Shown here one piece after another: positions 1-13,184 of a DNA stretch of 64,000 nt; position 1 is the stretch's first letter; every line of letters starts with the position of its first letter. Made by a program: the position numbers and the translations under genes. The notes beneath the pieces were generated by a model. It made no database searches, was not told the DNA's origin, and saw nothing but the letters and a program-made list of their open reading frames with translations. This DNA comes from Malacoraja senta. Its lineage: Eukaryota. The stretch is from contig CM075989.1 in NCBI GenBank assembly GCA_038087875.1, positions 5,456,001 through 5,520,000 of the forward strand, written 5' to 3'.

Positions 1-667
1 TTTCCTCTTGTTGCTCTGGTTTCCCCCCACATCCCAAAGATGTGCAGGTTTGAAGGTTAATTGGCCTTGGTATATCGCCCTAAGTGTGTAGGGATGAGAA
101 AGTGGGATAACATAAAACCAGTGTGAACGAGTAATTGATGGTCAGCATGGACTTGACGGGCCAAAGGGCCTGCTTCCATTCTCTATCTCTAAACTAAACT
201 ATAAATAAACTGACGGTCCTGATTCGAAACGCCACCTATCCATGTTATCCAGTGATGCTGCCCTGACCCACTGAGTTACTCCATCATTTAGTGTATTATC
301 TGTTTGATGTTCTGATCACCATGAAAGCTGCACTCACTCAGTTGGGCCTATATGCATGACTTCAGGCCTGTGAAATAACTGAGGAAACTGGCCAGTGGTT
401 TCTGGTTTAGTTCCACTTTTGTGAAACAGCGCGGAAACAGGCCCTTCGGCCCACTGAGTCAGCGCCGACCAGCGATCCCCGCACAGTAACACCATCTACA
501 CACACTAGGGACAATTTACAATTATAACAAGCCAATTAACCTACAAACCTGTATCTTTGGTTGATGTGCCTGTCGTGATTCTTGAAGTCAGATCCAAAGA
601 CGTAAAGGTTTGTAGGATAATTGGCTGTGACATTGTCCCTGTTGTGTGTAGGGTAGTGTTAGTGTTA

Positions 668-1108
668 AAGTGGCAACTGTACCCGGTGAGAACGGCCAGG
701 AACATCGGGCCTCCATAGAGGCAACTGTGGAGGCCTCAATAGGCCTGACTCTGGGGAGAACTGGGGTTGGGGACTGGACATTGTGCCTTCCCCCACAGTG
801 GTAACCATTGTGGGGGGATGATTTTGTGTGTAGTGTGTACTGTCTATGTTAGTCTATATCCAAGATGGCGGTCGGAAGGGAGAGTGTACGCTGGCGTGGT
901 TTGGCTGCTGCTGCTCTCCCTTCACATTGTGTTTCTGAATTTTTTTGTTGTGTTTTTTTGGATCGAATTTCTGTCTTTAATTTGTGTATTAGTGATGTCT
1001 TTTTAACTTATTTTACTCTGATTATATGTTTCTATGTTAAATTTTGTAAGGTGTCCTTGAGACTTTTGTATAGGCGCCCTTAAATAAAATTTATTATTAT
1101 TATTATTA
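668..1108 (+). mobile_element. Short retroposon with L2-type 3' tail inserted in a V-SINE
   Basis: Ends ...gtaaggtgtccttgag...aggcgcccttaaataaaatttattattattattatta (L2-like stem-loop plus (TTA)n). It splits a SINE between tagtgttaa and tgtgcggggatcgctgg. Confidence 0.6.
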
Positions 1109-1914
1109 ATGTGCGGGGATCGCTGGTCGGTGCGGGCTCGATGGACCGAAGGGCCTGTTTGCGTGCTGTATCTCTAAACTAAACTAAAAGAACTGAAAGA
1201 TCACCATCACCTCCTCAAGGGGAACAGGAATGGAGTGATGGCTTTGTCAAGGATGTGTTGAACTATCACCTGAGAACAAGTAAATGAATGACCATGCAGG
1301 ACAAAAACTACAAAGAATATTATGGTTGTCTACATGTGGATTCAACCTAATGATATCACTAGCCTAAACCAAAGGCCCACAGAAGCAGTCTGCGATTAAA
1401 AAAAGTCACAAAAGCCCATTCAGTGACTGTGCTGTGTACGTATCAGTAGACTTCCCCTGTCTGAAGATAAGATTCAATAGTGGCCGTCAGTTTTCAGACA
1501 TCAAATGTGATGATAATATTTAAAACATATAGCAGAACCTGTAATTGTCTCAGCTATCCGAATTTTCAGATCACTTTTAGAGAAAAACAAGATGTAAAAT
1601 ACATATAATAAAGAATAATTAAATTGCAATCTGGATAAATTGCCATCAGGATAAAATGCATGCATACATACAGTATAAATGTGTGTCTGAATGAAACATT
1701 TTAGATATTGGACAGAATCAAGTGTGGATATGTTCTGTTACTTGTGGGGACATACATGTTTGTAGGATAATTGGCCTCGGTAAAAATTGTAAATTGTCCC
1801 TAGTGTGTAGTGTGGGTTAGGGTATGCGGGGATCGCTGGTTGGCGTGGACTTGGTGGGCTGAAGGGCCTGCTTCCGTGCTGTATCTCTAAACTAAACTAA
1901 AGTAAAATTGTGTG

Positions 1915-2140
1915 CTGGAAGGAGCTGCAGTTACTGGTTCACACCGAAGATAGACACAAAATCCCTGAGTAACTCAGCTGGACAGGTAGCATCTCTGGAG
2001 AAAAGGAATAGATGACGTTTCTGGTCTCGACCCTACTTCAAGAAGTAGAAGGGTCTCGACCCAAAACGTCACCTATTCCTTTTCTCCCGAGATGCTGCCT
2101 GTCCCCCTAACTTACTTCGGCATTTTGTGTCCATCTAAAC
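1915..2140. repeat. Penelope-derived palindromic short element (inverted pLTR pair)
   Basis: gaaggagctgcag...gacgtttctggtctcgaccc followed by its reverse complement. Similar copies at about 7585-7750, 8800-9015, 10270-10470, 23738-23940 and 54290-54490. Confidence 0.75.
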
Positions 2141-3450
2141 TAAGACAATATTTTTCCTGGACCCAGGACTAAACAGCCCTCTCTGTCACTGGATCCTGTA
2201 CCCTTGTGGGGAGTTGCACAACAGGGCAATCGTGGGAAATTCCCTTCATGATGGTATTTGCAGTGAGTTTGCTGTGCTTTAAAATAACCAACTCTGTAGA
2301 ACTCAGCTTCATTTTTACCCATTTTACCCAGGTTTAGATTAGTTTCGTTTATTATTATCACGTGTACCGAGATACAGTGAAAAGCTTTTATGTTGCATGC
2401 CATCCAGCCTTTTCACTGACTGGATAGTACAAAACAAAAAAGCAACACAAATACTTGATTACAATCATGCCGTCCACAGTGTACAGATACAGGATAAAAA
2501 ATATAACGCTTACTGCAAGATAAAGTCCCGTAAAGTCCGATTAAAGATAGACCGACGGTCTCCAATGACATAGATGGGACTCAATACAGAGGATGGTTCA
2601 GTTGCCCGATAACAGCTGGGAAGAAACTGTGGATTGCTAACATTTCAACTTGATTGCCAACTTTTTATTGACTGATTAGTGACCTGATAAAATTCAACGA
2701 CCATAAACCAGTACACAACAGAATTCATTGGACGCATTTGAACGTAAACATATCAACATCCAGTTAAAGATTTTCTTCTGGCGAAACAAGGAATTACAGA
2801 TGCTGGAATCTTGAGTATAAGTGCTGGAGTAACTCAGCAGGACAGGCAGCATCTCTGGAGGACATGGATAGGCGACATTTTGGGTCAGGGCCCTTCTTCA
2901 GATTTTTTCTTATTGTCTCTCATCTACAGGATAATGTGCTCACTTTTCCAGCTTGCTGTTTCTCACTCTGGTTTCCATCTTTGTCTTTGTCTAGACTTTT
3001 AAACTTTAGAGATGCAGCGCAGAAACAGGCCCTTCGGCCTACTGAGTCCACACCGACCACACTAACACTATCCTTCACACAAGGGACAATTTACAATGTT
3101 TTTTACCGAAGCTAATTAACCTACAAACCTGCAGGTCTTGGGAGTGTTGATGAAACCGCACCCGGAGAAACCCTCTGCCACCGTCACGGGGAGAACGTGC
3201 AAACTCCGTACAGACATGCGGGTTTGTAGTTTAATTGGCCTCTGTGGGTAAAGAGTGCTTGCAACCGTTGGGAAAAGTGTGAAGCAGTTATAAGGTCAGA
3301 TTGCATTCGGTGGGCCGAAGGGCCTGTTTCCATGCTGTGTCTATAATAGTCATGGAGTCATGCAGTATGAAAACAGGCTGTTCAGCCCAACTTGACCATG
3401 CCGATCAAGATACCGCACTCTACTAGTCCAACCAGCCTACATTTGGCCCA

Positions 3451-4344
3451 TCTATCATATCATATACTTATTAAATGTATCATATCATATCATATCATAT
3501 ACTTATTAAAAGTATGATCTTGTGTATATGTGGTTGTATATTGTGTGTGTATATGTGTGAGTATATGTGGTTGTCTTTACATCTTCGCAAAAACTCTACG
3601 CGATAACGAATACATTTTTACATATTCTGATTGACATTTTCCCCTCGAGGCAGAGAACACCTTCACAGAACATTTTATGCTTTATTTCTTGACTTATTCT
3701 CAACTTTATTGATTAAAAGACTTTGAATTTAAAACGACCAGCTTCAACTGATGATGTCACAATGGCTCGGCTAGCAGTGATCAGGTTCACTGAAGATTTC
3801 ATCCTATATTTGACATTATTTGTGATTAAAGCCTTACAAATGCCAACTTTCACAAGATTTTTACATATTCTGATTCACATTTTTCCCCTCTAGGCAAGAC
3901 CATCTTCACTGAACATTTTATGCTTTATTTCTCGACTTATTACTGATTAAAGTTTTAAAAAATCAAAAGACTTTGAATTTAGAAAGACCAGCTTCAACTG
4001 ATGATGTCACAATGGCTCAGCTAGCAGTGAACAACTTCATCCTATATTTCACATTATTCGCGATCAAAACTTAACAAATGCCAACATTCACAAGATTTTT
4101 ACTGTTAAAATCATTCCTGCCAGCTTCCAACACACTTCGATAAAATGTTGCAACACAGGAACACTCTGAACTTTTCATCTCACAGGAGGGCGAGGGCGAA
4201 TTGCTATTGCAACACGCAGGGCAAGTGCAATTCAACTGGGATCTTACGTTCAGGAATGGCTTGAGTTGGAATACCACGCCTCCCATGGGGGCTACAGGTA
4301 GGGAAAAGGTGTGCTTGGGGACCCCAAGTCTGCACTTGGTCCAG
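3451..4344 (+). mobile_element. Non-autonomous Helitron, unit A
   Basis: Starts A|TCtatcatatcatatacttattaaa and ends with a degenerate hairpin + ctgcacttggtCCAG. Contains a ~245-bp internal tandem duplication (about 3610-3855 and 3855-4100). Confidence 0.7.
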
Positions 4345-4371
4345 TATACTTATAAAACTCTTATCTTGTAT

Positions 4372-6201
4372 CAGGCACATGCCATGAGTGATTACTCAGG
4401 GTAGGCAGTCAGTCAGCTTTTGGCAGTCATTCGGGCATCCGCAAATTGTTCTCCTCTCCGTAAAAATAAAAATAAAGACAGTAACTATTCAATTTGGCCA
4501 AGGCTTCCAAGTCTCCTTCATTCTGAATTACTGAATGGGTGGGGGGTGAAGGGTGACGGCAGGTGGAGAGATGGTGGGAAAAACCGGAGCACACCGGGAC
4601 AAGTTGAATCAGTTGTCATCTTATTGAATGACAATACTTGTTCAAGGGACCAATTAGGGGGAGAGTTCCTTTCACAGCGTGTGGAGAGTCTGGCCAGGGG
4701 TAAAGTTGCGGGGAGGGCAGGAGTGTTAAGAAGGAGGGGGTCGGGGATCATGCCAGTAACTCACTCACCGCTGCTGCAGCGCTCCTGGCGCGGAGCCACC
4801 GCATTGTGGCCTGGGGAGAAGTAGCTCGGGGGGCTGCGAGCGGCCGCCGGCACCCGACAGCAAAACTGGCCGCCACCTCAGCGCCTTCTGCTGGTCCGCA
4901 CACCTCTGGAATTGCTCTCCGTCTGAACACCTCTCACCTGCCGCTCGCCGACCGCTCATGTCAGCCGCTTCCCGCAAATCGTTAAATTCTGACAGCCTAG
5001 TAACCTCAATTGGTCCCTTGATCGCGCTGTCAGAATTTAAGGAATTACGGGAAGCTGCTGACATGAGTGAGGCTGGCGAGCGGCAGGAGAGAGGTTTTCA
5101 GACGGAGAGCATTGCCAGAGGTGAGTGGGGGCCGGCAGAAGGCGCTGAGGTGCCGGCCGGTTCCGATGTCCGCTTCCGGCAGCCGCTCGCAGCCACCTGA
5201 GCTACTTCTCCCCCTGGCCACAATGCGGCGACTCCGTGCCCGGAGCGTCGCAAGTTAGTTACTGGCATGATCCCCGACCCCCTCCTTCTCAACGCTCCTG
5301 CCCTCCCCGCAACTTTACCCCTGGTCAGACTCCCCATATGCTGTGAAAGGAACTCTCCCCCCCCCCACCCCCACCCCAGGAAATACAGTATTTAAAAACA
5401 CATAGCACCAAGAAATGTACTTACCACATTGGCACACAAACTCCATTCTTCTCTCTTTGTTTCCTAAGATACTCTTAAGATAATGGCAATCCATATTTGA
5501 AAAACCCGCCAAGAAACTTGTGCTTCTTTGGAGTGTGAATGAAACTGCACCCAGAGAAACCCTCCTCCGCCGTCACAGGGAGAATGTGCAAACTCCGTAC
5601 ATACATGCGGGTTTGTAGTTTAATTGACCTCTGTAAATTAGCTCTGGTGGGTAAAGAGTGCTTGCAAACGTGGGAAAAGTGTGAAGCAGTTATAAGGTCA
5701 AATTGCATTCGGTGGGCCAAAGGGCCTGTTTCCATGCTGTGTCTATAATAGAGTCATGGAGTCATACAGCATGAAAACAGGCCCTTCAGCCCAACTTGAC
5801 CATGCCGATCAAGATACCCCACTCTACTAGTCCTACCAGCCTACATTTGGCCCCTCTATCATATCATATACTTATTAAATGTATCATATCATATAATTGT
5901 GTGAAGGATACTGCTAGTGTAGGCTGCTGCGCATGCGCAGTACTGCAAAAGCAGAATTTCAGCTGCCTTCAGCTCTTCCTGTCATTGACGGCTTGAAGCA
6001 GCGCTGACGGCACGTGGGCTGCACAGACCTTCATGTGATACAAGTACTACGGATGAAAGGCACGGAGAATGATGCCTACCTAAGAGATCGATCTTATATT
6101 GTCATTTTATAATTTTATAATTTTTATAATTATATTACCATTTTATAATTTTAGTCAGGGTAGGCAGTGCCTACCTTGCCTACACTGACGGCACGTGCCT
6201 G
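4372..6201. mobile_element. hAT-like non-autonomous DNA transposon nested in Helitron B
   Basis: TIRs CAGGCACATGCC ... GGCACGTGCCTG; 8-bp TSD tcttgtat (4364-4371) / tcgtgtat (6202-6209). Confidence 0.7.
4659..5360. repeat. GC-rich ~700-bp imperfect palindrome
   Basis: Arms of about 340 bp are reverse complements, centred near 5010 (ttaaattctgacagc...gctgtcagaatttaa). The ORF track shows mirrored peptides on both strands. Confidence 0.9.
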
Positions 6202-6405
6202 TCGTGTATGTACGTGTGTATGTATCTATGTGTCTGTGTATTTGTATCTTTGTCAAAATGCTATGTGGAAGCGCTGAAAGTTTTTCACATTCTTACTCAC
6301 ATTTTCCCCATCCACACCATAATCAGGTTCCCTTCAGATTTGATGCTATATTTCACAAGTTATTGATAATTAAAGTTTAAAAAAAACCAACTTTGAGAAG
6401 AATAA

Positions 6406-6967
6406 AGACTCTGTCCCACGGGTTTGCGGTCATTGGCGGTGAAGCGCGGCGTCGCCGGAAGAGGGGACCGCACGGCAACCACGAGAGCGCCGCACGGATG
6501 CTGCGCGGGGGGCCAAGTACGGCCGGTTCAACGAGCTTGCGGTTTCGGCTGATGACGTCTTTCGGATCGCGGGGCTGTGGCGGCGGCCGTGCCGCACACG
6601 TACCTCACTGTCGGCGGCTGTGCCGCACACGTACCTCACTGGCGGCGGCTGTGGCGGCGGCCGTGCCGCACACGTGCCTCACTGGCGGAGGCTGTGGCGG
6701 TGCAGGTTCGACTCACGGCGCTCGTGCCTCACTGGCGGCGACTGTGGCGGTGGCCGTGCCGCACTCGTGCCTCACTGGCGGCGGCTGTGCGGTAGGAACA
6801 TATTTTTGGACAGTGTTGGTTTTTTTTTAGCACCGTGCGGTGTTGGGAACAACGCCGCACGGCCCCGGAATTGTGCGTTTGACCGAGCCCGCGGTCTCTG
6901 GCGGCCCAGGAGCGGTAGATAGTTCCTGTTTCGCCGCCAATGACCGCAGACTTGTGAGACAGGCCTT
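6406..6967. mobile_element. PIF/Harbinger-type MITE with internal GC-rich minisatellite
   Basis: ~40-bp TIRs (agactctgtcccacgggtttgcggtcattggcgg / ccgccaatgaccgcagacttgtgagacaggcctt) and TAA TSD. Internal repeats of gccgtgccgcacacgtacctcactggcggcggctgtg. Confidence 0.85.
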
Positions 6968-7505
6968 TAACTGTGACTCTGCTTTGAGATTTCTCTGGCA
7001 GCTTCCTGTGATGACGTCACAATGGCATCTCACAGTCGTCTAATCACAATGGGATCGCATTTACATACGCAGCCAATGATGTCACAATGGGATTGTAGTC
7101 CTCCTAGCTCTAGCAGGGGTAAATGCATTTTTCCTTAATGTCACAGTACACTGAATTTTTTTCTAAAATGAAGGAGTCTGAATAAGGCAAAATGAGCAGC
7201 CCCTGCGCAGTTGGGGGCTATGGGTGAGTGGTGCAATATTGTGTTGGGGGTATGGGTTACATTGGGGCAATGGGTGTGGTGGAAACGAGTTGCATTGGGG
7301 GAACAGGTGAGTGGTGGATTATTGTGTTGGGGGAAAGGGGCCCAACGGGTCCCATTTGGTCTAGTATCCTTCTAAAACTTTCTGATGCATGTACCTGTCC
7401 AAATGTCTCTGAAATGTTGATATAGCACCTGCTTCAACTACCTTCTCTGGAGCTCGTTCCATATATCCATCACCTTCTGTGTAAAAAGGCTGCCCCTCAG
7501 ATTTC

Positions 7506-7516
7506 TATTAATCCTC

Positions 7517-7576
<60 letters not shown>
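7506..7576. repeat. (TCAA)n microsatellite
   Basis: Direct reading. Confidence 0.95.
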
Positions 7577-7577
<1 letters not shown>

Positions 7578-8499
7578 GTAGATTGTGTAAGAAGGAACTG
7601 CAGGTGCTGGTTTAAACCAAAGATAGACACAAAAAGCTGGAGTAACTCAGCGGGACAGGCAACATCTCTGGAGAGAAGGAATGGGTGACGTTTCGGGTCG
7701 AGACCTTTCTTCAATGACCCGAAATGTCACCCATTCCTTCTCTCCAATCAATGTAGATTAACTGACTACTGTAAATTATCCTTGGTGCAGGTGTTTGGTT
7801 GGCAAATTGGAAGAGTTGATAGGCAGGTGAGAGGAATTAGGTTACAGGGAAATAGATAAGAATAAGTGGGACATAGGAATACGCTGGTGGTATAGACTCG
7901 ATGGGCTAAATGGCCTCTATCTCTATGTAAGTAAATATATGACTATATATTGTGGACGGTCTACAGCAGGTGGCTTGTTGATGAACAACTAGGTATTTCC
8001 TGACTCAACGATGACCTGAATTCCCTTGCCATCCAGCTTCATAGAGGACCTGCTCTTAGTCTCATCCAAAATAGTCCAGGAGAAACAGTGAGATTGTATC
8101 CAGTGTGCTCTGTCCTTTTTTTAGTTCAGGATACGCACACTGGGCTATCTATATACTCATGTCAAGAGAATCTAATGATACTATTCAGTGTGAATGACCG
8201 GTTGTAAATTTGCAGATGCACTAATCCCAAAATAGGGCTAGAAGCACTGAGATTACTTTTGAATGAGTCACGCGGTGAACCAACTAGTGTGAAATCAACA
8301 ACATTCTGCCATGAATCAGCGTCCTGAATGTTTTTGTCAATTAACAGGCCACATTGTAAAAGTATAAACAGCTATAGGTCATTGCGGATGTGATCTGGAA
8401 CGCATTGCCTGCCTAAGGGTACTGGCAAATAGATTTAGTGGGTTGTAAACGAATAGAATGAACATTGAATGGAAAAAACAGGGGACATAGTTATAATTA

Positions 8500-8760
8500 T
8501 TTATTTAAAAAAATAAAAATCAAATATAATTTATTTAATTATGATCACTATATGAGGCAAAACCATGGTAACACGCCCGCCACCATTGTACAAAATCACC
8601 AAATTATCTAGACACTAAATTTTCAAACAACTGTGTTACAATCCTTACAAATATACGAAATAACTACTATACAACTATGTCCCTCTCTAACACCACCCGG
8701 GCGCGGACGTAACCCCGGTAAAGGGGCAAGCATCTCACTCGGGCAAAGCCCTCTTCCGCA
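8500..8760 (-). mobile_element. Tx1/L1 LINE 3' fragment
   Basis: 8683-8727 resembles 18661-18708 of the Tx1 ORF2 C-terminus (cggacgtaaccccgg..aaggggca). Confidence 0.55.
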
Positions 8761-9804
8761 GCAACTGTGGATGGAATGGACAGGCGACATTTTGAGGATA
8801 AACACACAATGCTGTGGTAACTCAGTGGGTCAGGCAGTATCTCTGGAAAGAAAGAATAGATGATGTTTTGGGACAGAACCCTTCTTCAGTCAGAAGAAGG
8901 GTCTCGACCCGAAACGTCATCTATTCCTTTTTTCCAGAGATGCTGCCTGACCCACTGAGTTACCACAGGATTGTGTGTTTATCTTCGGCGTAAACCAGCA
9001 TCTGCAGTTCCTTCCTACACAGGCGACATTTTGAGTTGTGAATATTCTTCAGGCTGATTCCAGAAGGCAGGGAAAGCTGGAAAGGAGGTGGGGTGGGACA
9101 AAGCCTGGCAAGCGGTTAGCGCTGTCCAAGTCATGCTTGTATGTAAAAATTCTCGCACGTTTCCAAATGCCTCGGCATCCCTGTGTTCATATCCAGCATT
9201 AATGCTCTTTATCATCACTACCTTACTCAGATTCGTGCCTGTCAGCCATCCCAAATTTAAAATCTCCGCCATTAGCAGACACATTCAGGAGCTTTCCTCC
9301 AATTATCATCGTTCTTTTACTTTGCTTTCAACCCCTCGGGAAAAATCGAGCTCTTTATCTGTCCGAATATCCCTCTTTACAACTCTGTGGCAGAATGTGT
9401 TTGATCGTGTCTGTGGATGATGCAGCTGGTTGTACTGTTGCCACCCAGCTCAGAGACCCTGGATTGATCCTGGCCTCGGCTGCTGTTTGTGTGGAATTTG
9501 CACGTTCTCCCCGTGACTGCATGGGTTTCCCCCGGGTGGTCCAACTCCCTCACATCCTAAAGGCGTGCACGTTGGTAGGAAAATCGACAGCTGTGAATTG
9601 CTGCTAGTTTGTCAGCGTTTGTAAAATATGGCAGGGCTTAATGGGAATGTGAGGAAAATAAAATGGGATTAGAATAGTATATTTCTTAACAACCCAGTCG
9701 CAGGCCATTCCACCCGTCAAATAAAGAGTCAAGAATCTTTTATTGTCAAGTATCCCGAAACGAAACAATGAAATTCTTACTTGAAGCAACATATAAATTT
9801 TTTT

Positions 9805-10120
9805 TAGTTTAGTTTAAAAATACAGTGCGGAAACAGGCCCTTCGGCCCACCGGGTCCGCGCCGACCAGCGATCCCCGCACATTAGCACCATCCTACACCC
9901 ACTAGGGACAATCTTTACATTTACCAAGCCAATTAACCTACAAACTTGTACGTCTTTGGAGTGTGGGAGGAAACCGAAGGTCTCGGAAAAAACCCACACA
10001 GGTCACGGGGAGAACGTACAAACTCCGTACAGACAGCACCCGTAGTCTGGATCGTACCCGGGTTTCCGGCACTGCATTCGCTGTAAGGCAGCAACTCTAC
10101 CGCTGCGTCACCGTGCCACC
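9805..10120 (-). mobile_element. tRNA-derived V-SINE (HE1-like), full length
   Basis: Reverse complement of a tRNA-like head, the V-domain (gagtttgtacgttctccccgtgacc) and a CR1-like tail with (CTAAA)n. Confidence 0.85.
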
Positions 10121-11039
10121 CAAAATATGTAAGCATAGTACACTGTAAAACCCATTAATAACAAAAAACGGTTCACTATATATATATATGTGTATATGAC
10201 CTGCTCCTCTTATATATATATATATATGTTTGTATATATATCAATATATATATATATGTGTGTGTGTGTGACTGCAGATATTGGTTTAAATCGAAGATAG
10301 ATACAAAATGCTCAAGTAACTCAGCGGGTCAGGCAGCATCTCTGGAGAGAAGGAATGGGTTACGTTTCGGGTCAGACTGAAGAAGGGTCTCGACCCAAAA
10401 CGTCACTCATTCCTTCTATCCAGAGATGCTGCCTGTCCCGCTGAGATGCTCCAGCATTTTGTGTCTATCTTATATCTATATGTATATGAAAGAAACAGAC
10501 AAATAAATGAACAATAATACCTTCAATAATAATAGCTTCATAAATGATGCCCCAAGTCTATATAATTAGGAGCCTATTTGGAGGTTGTAGTGTTTGTGGT
10601 GTAGGGAACCCACTGCCCACTAATTCTCCCTGTAATTTAATCGCCCTGGATTGGGGCAAATGGGCTGGCATGGACTTGGTGGGCCAAAGGGACTATAACC
10701 ATACCATATGACTATGTTTCTGTGAAGTGCCTGAAAGATTTGTGCAGCATTGAAGGCACTACCAACAAATATGTTGTCGCTGCTGCTGTGTTGGTGGCAC
10801 AGAACGCCAGGAAGTTCACTGATTTGCCTGAAGCTACAACCTTTCCTCATATTTTCCCCTCACCACTTGTTAGTGAACTCGTTCTGCTGTAAATTGCAGT
10901 ATTTTTTCAGGAGCTTTGGGGACTTTACGAGCCTGTTACCCACTCCCTGTATATTCAGCACCAGTAACTGAAAGGCCTTTTTCTCTTAAATGGCTGCACA
11001 GCCTTGCATAACACCATACTATCACAGTTCCATCTTATG

Positions 11040-11265
11040 GGGACTGTAACCATTGTGGAATTCTCTGCCACAGAGGGCAGTGGAGGCCAATTCACTGAAT
11101 GTTTTCAAGAGAGAGTGGGTAGCCCTTAGGGCTAATGGAATCAAGGGATATGGGGGGGAAGCAGGAACGGGGTACTGATTCTAAATGATCAGCCATGATC
11201 ATATTAAATGGCGGTGTTGGCTCAAAGGGCCGAAAGGCCTACTCCTATTTTCTATGTTTCCATGT
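11040..11265 (+). mobile_element. CR1 LINE 3' end
   Basis: tgtggaattctctgcc...ggctcaaagggccgaaaggcctactcct 3' UTR hairpin. Confidence 0.8.
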
Positions 11266-12444
11266 TTAACATCATAAAGATTTTTCATCAAAGATAGATA
11301 CAAAACTGCTGGAGTAACTCAACGGGTCAGGCAGCATTTCTGGAGAAAGAGAATGGGTGATGTTTTGAGTCTGAACCCTTCTTCAGACTGAAAATTGGGG
11401 GTGGCTGGGGGGGATGGTTGAAAGCTGGAGGTGAGAAAAGACCAGGGCCATTTATCAGGGTGAGCCACAAATGTTGCCTGGTAGTAGGTCCATCGTTGGC
11501 TTGGGAAGGTGTGATCTAAAGAGAAACAATGCAGAGCACTGTGGAAATGGGAAAGGAGGAAGGGGGAAAGGAGGAATGGGAGATGGGAGGGGAGTGTAAG
11601 ATGAAGTTACTTAAAATTAGAGAATTCTATGTTCATACTGCTGGGTCGTAAGCTGCCCAAGCAAAATATGAGGTGCTATTCCTCCAATTTGCGTGTGGTC
11701 TCGCTGGCAATGGAGGAGGCCCAGGACAGAAAAGTAAGTGTGGGAATGGGAACGGCAGTAGGAATGGTTGGCAACAGGGAAACCACACTGTTTTGTAAAT
11801 CAAATATTAGTTTGAATGTAAACGTTTGGAGTGAAGCAGTGTAGTGGACTGGGCGATACTGTGTCTTTCTGCAATTGGATTTTTTTTTTAAAGGAAAGAT
11901 TATAATTTTCATTGGAAGCACTTTTCAAAACTGTGACCTCCATGGCAGCCAGCACATGTGACTGCACCATTGCCAACCCAAGAACTTCCTTGATGAGGAA
12001 GAAATCCTAGTGGGCGTCACGGTGGCGCAGCGGTAGAGTTGCTGCCTCACAGCGCGAGAGGCCCGGGTTCGATCCGTCAACTATTTATGTCATATCTTGA
12101 TCTCCGTCCTATCATAGACATTCCCCTTCTTCTCTCCAACCCGCTCTCCCTCCCTGAAGCTGAAATTTACCAAGGTCTGACCAAAACGTTGTTAACCTGA
12201 AGCATCAACTCCAACGATCTCTCTCTACAGATGCCACCTAACCTGCTGAATATTTCCTGCATCATCTTATTGCAGATGGGAAATAATTCTTCATGTTGAA
12301 TTGAAACAGACCTTCACTTGAATCTTGTGATCGCACTTAGAAATTGCATCAAATGACTTTATCGTGGAGCTACCTGTGTTATACTCTATCATCCAATATT
12401 GGAATGGAGGCATTAGTGTAGAATAGTAAGATTGTTGTTGAACA

Positions 12445-12810
12445 TGTGTTAAAGGCATAGATAGAGTGGATGTGGAGACGATGTTTCCACTAGTGGGAGA
12501 GTCTAGGAGCAGTGGCCATAGCCTCAGAATAAAAGAATGTACCTTTGGAAAGGAGATGAGGAGGAATTTCTTTAGTCAAAGGGTGGTGAATGTGGAATTC
12601 ATTGCCACAGAAGGCTGTGGAGGCCAAGTCAATGGATATTTTTAAGGCAGAGATTGAAAGATTCTTGATTAGTACGAGTGTCAGGGGTTATGGGGAGAAG
12701 GCAGGAGAATGGGGTTGAGAGGGAAAGATAGATCATCCATGATTGAATGGCGGAGTAGACTTGATGGGCCAAATGGCCTGATTCTGCTCCTATCACTTAT
12801 GAAATGAACT
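12445..12810 (+). mobile_element. CR1 LINE 3' fragment
   Basis: Encodes an RVDVE.MFPLVGESR-type ORF2 C-terminus plus 3' UTR. Confidence 0.85.
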
Positions 12811-13184
12811 TATGACTAGTTCGAACAGAGAGATGAACACTGTTATCGCAGGTGAAATAGCATTTGGCAGCTGCTGTATTGATGTCTACAGGTCTGGCCT
12901 TTGAGGGCTAGACTGCAAAAATAAATCCAACGGGATTGAGTTAGGAGAGAAGAAGTAAATATCAACAATGGTAAAGACATCAGATCCCTTTTTGCATCGT
13001 CTCCACTCTTGGCACCAGTTGATTTATTGCTCTTCTGTTGGAAGGTGCGCACAGCCCTGTTTATTGACAAAACCTCTTTGTACAAATAGACTATTGGCAT
13101 CAATGTGACCAATGTTGAGACTATATTATGCGCTTGTTTGAAAGCCTCTGTCCTTGGCGCTGGGAAACCCGGTGAAGCTGCATT

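Larger units (their letters stand above)
4345..7364 (+). mobile_element. Non-autonomous Helitron, unit B (tandem to A)
   Basis: Restarts tatacttataaaactcttatcttg and ends gggcccaacgggtccc hairpin + atttggtCTAG|T. The flanks rejoin a CR1 tail as ttggcccA|Tatcct (A/T insertion, no TSD). Confidence 0.8.

Noticed and set aside
6393..6922. Repetitive ORFs and a CRISPR-like look of ~40-bp repeats
   Set aside because: This is a minisatellite inside a Harbinger MITE, with no unique spacers, no cas genes and a eukaryotic context.
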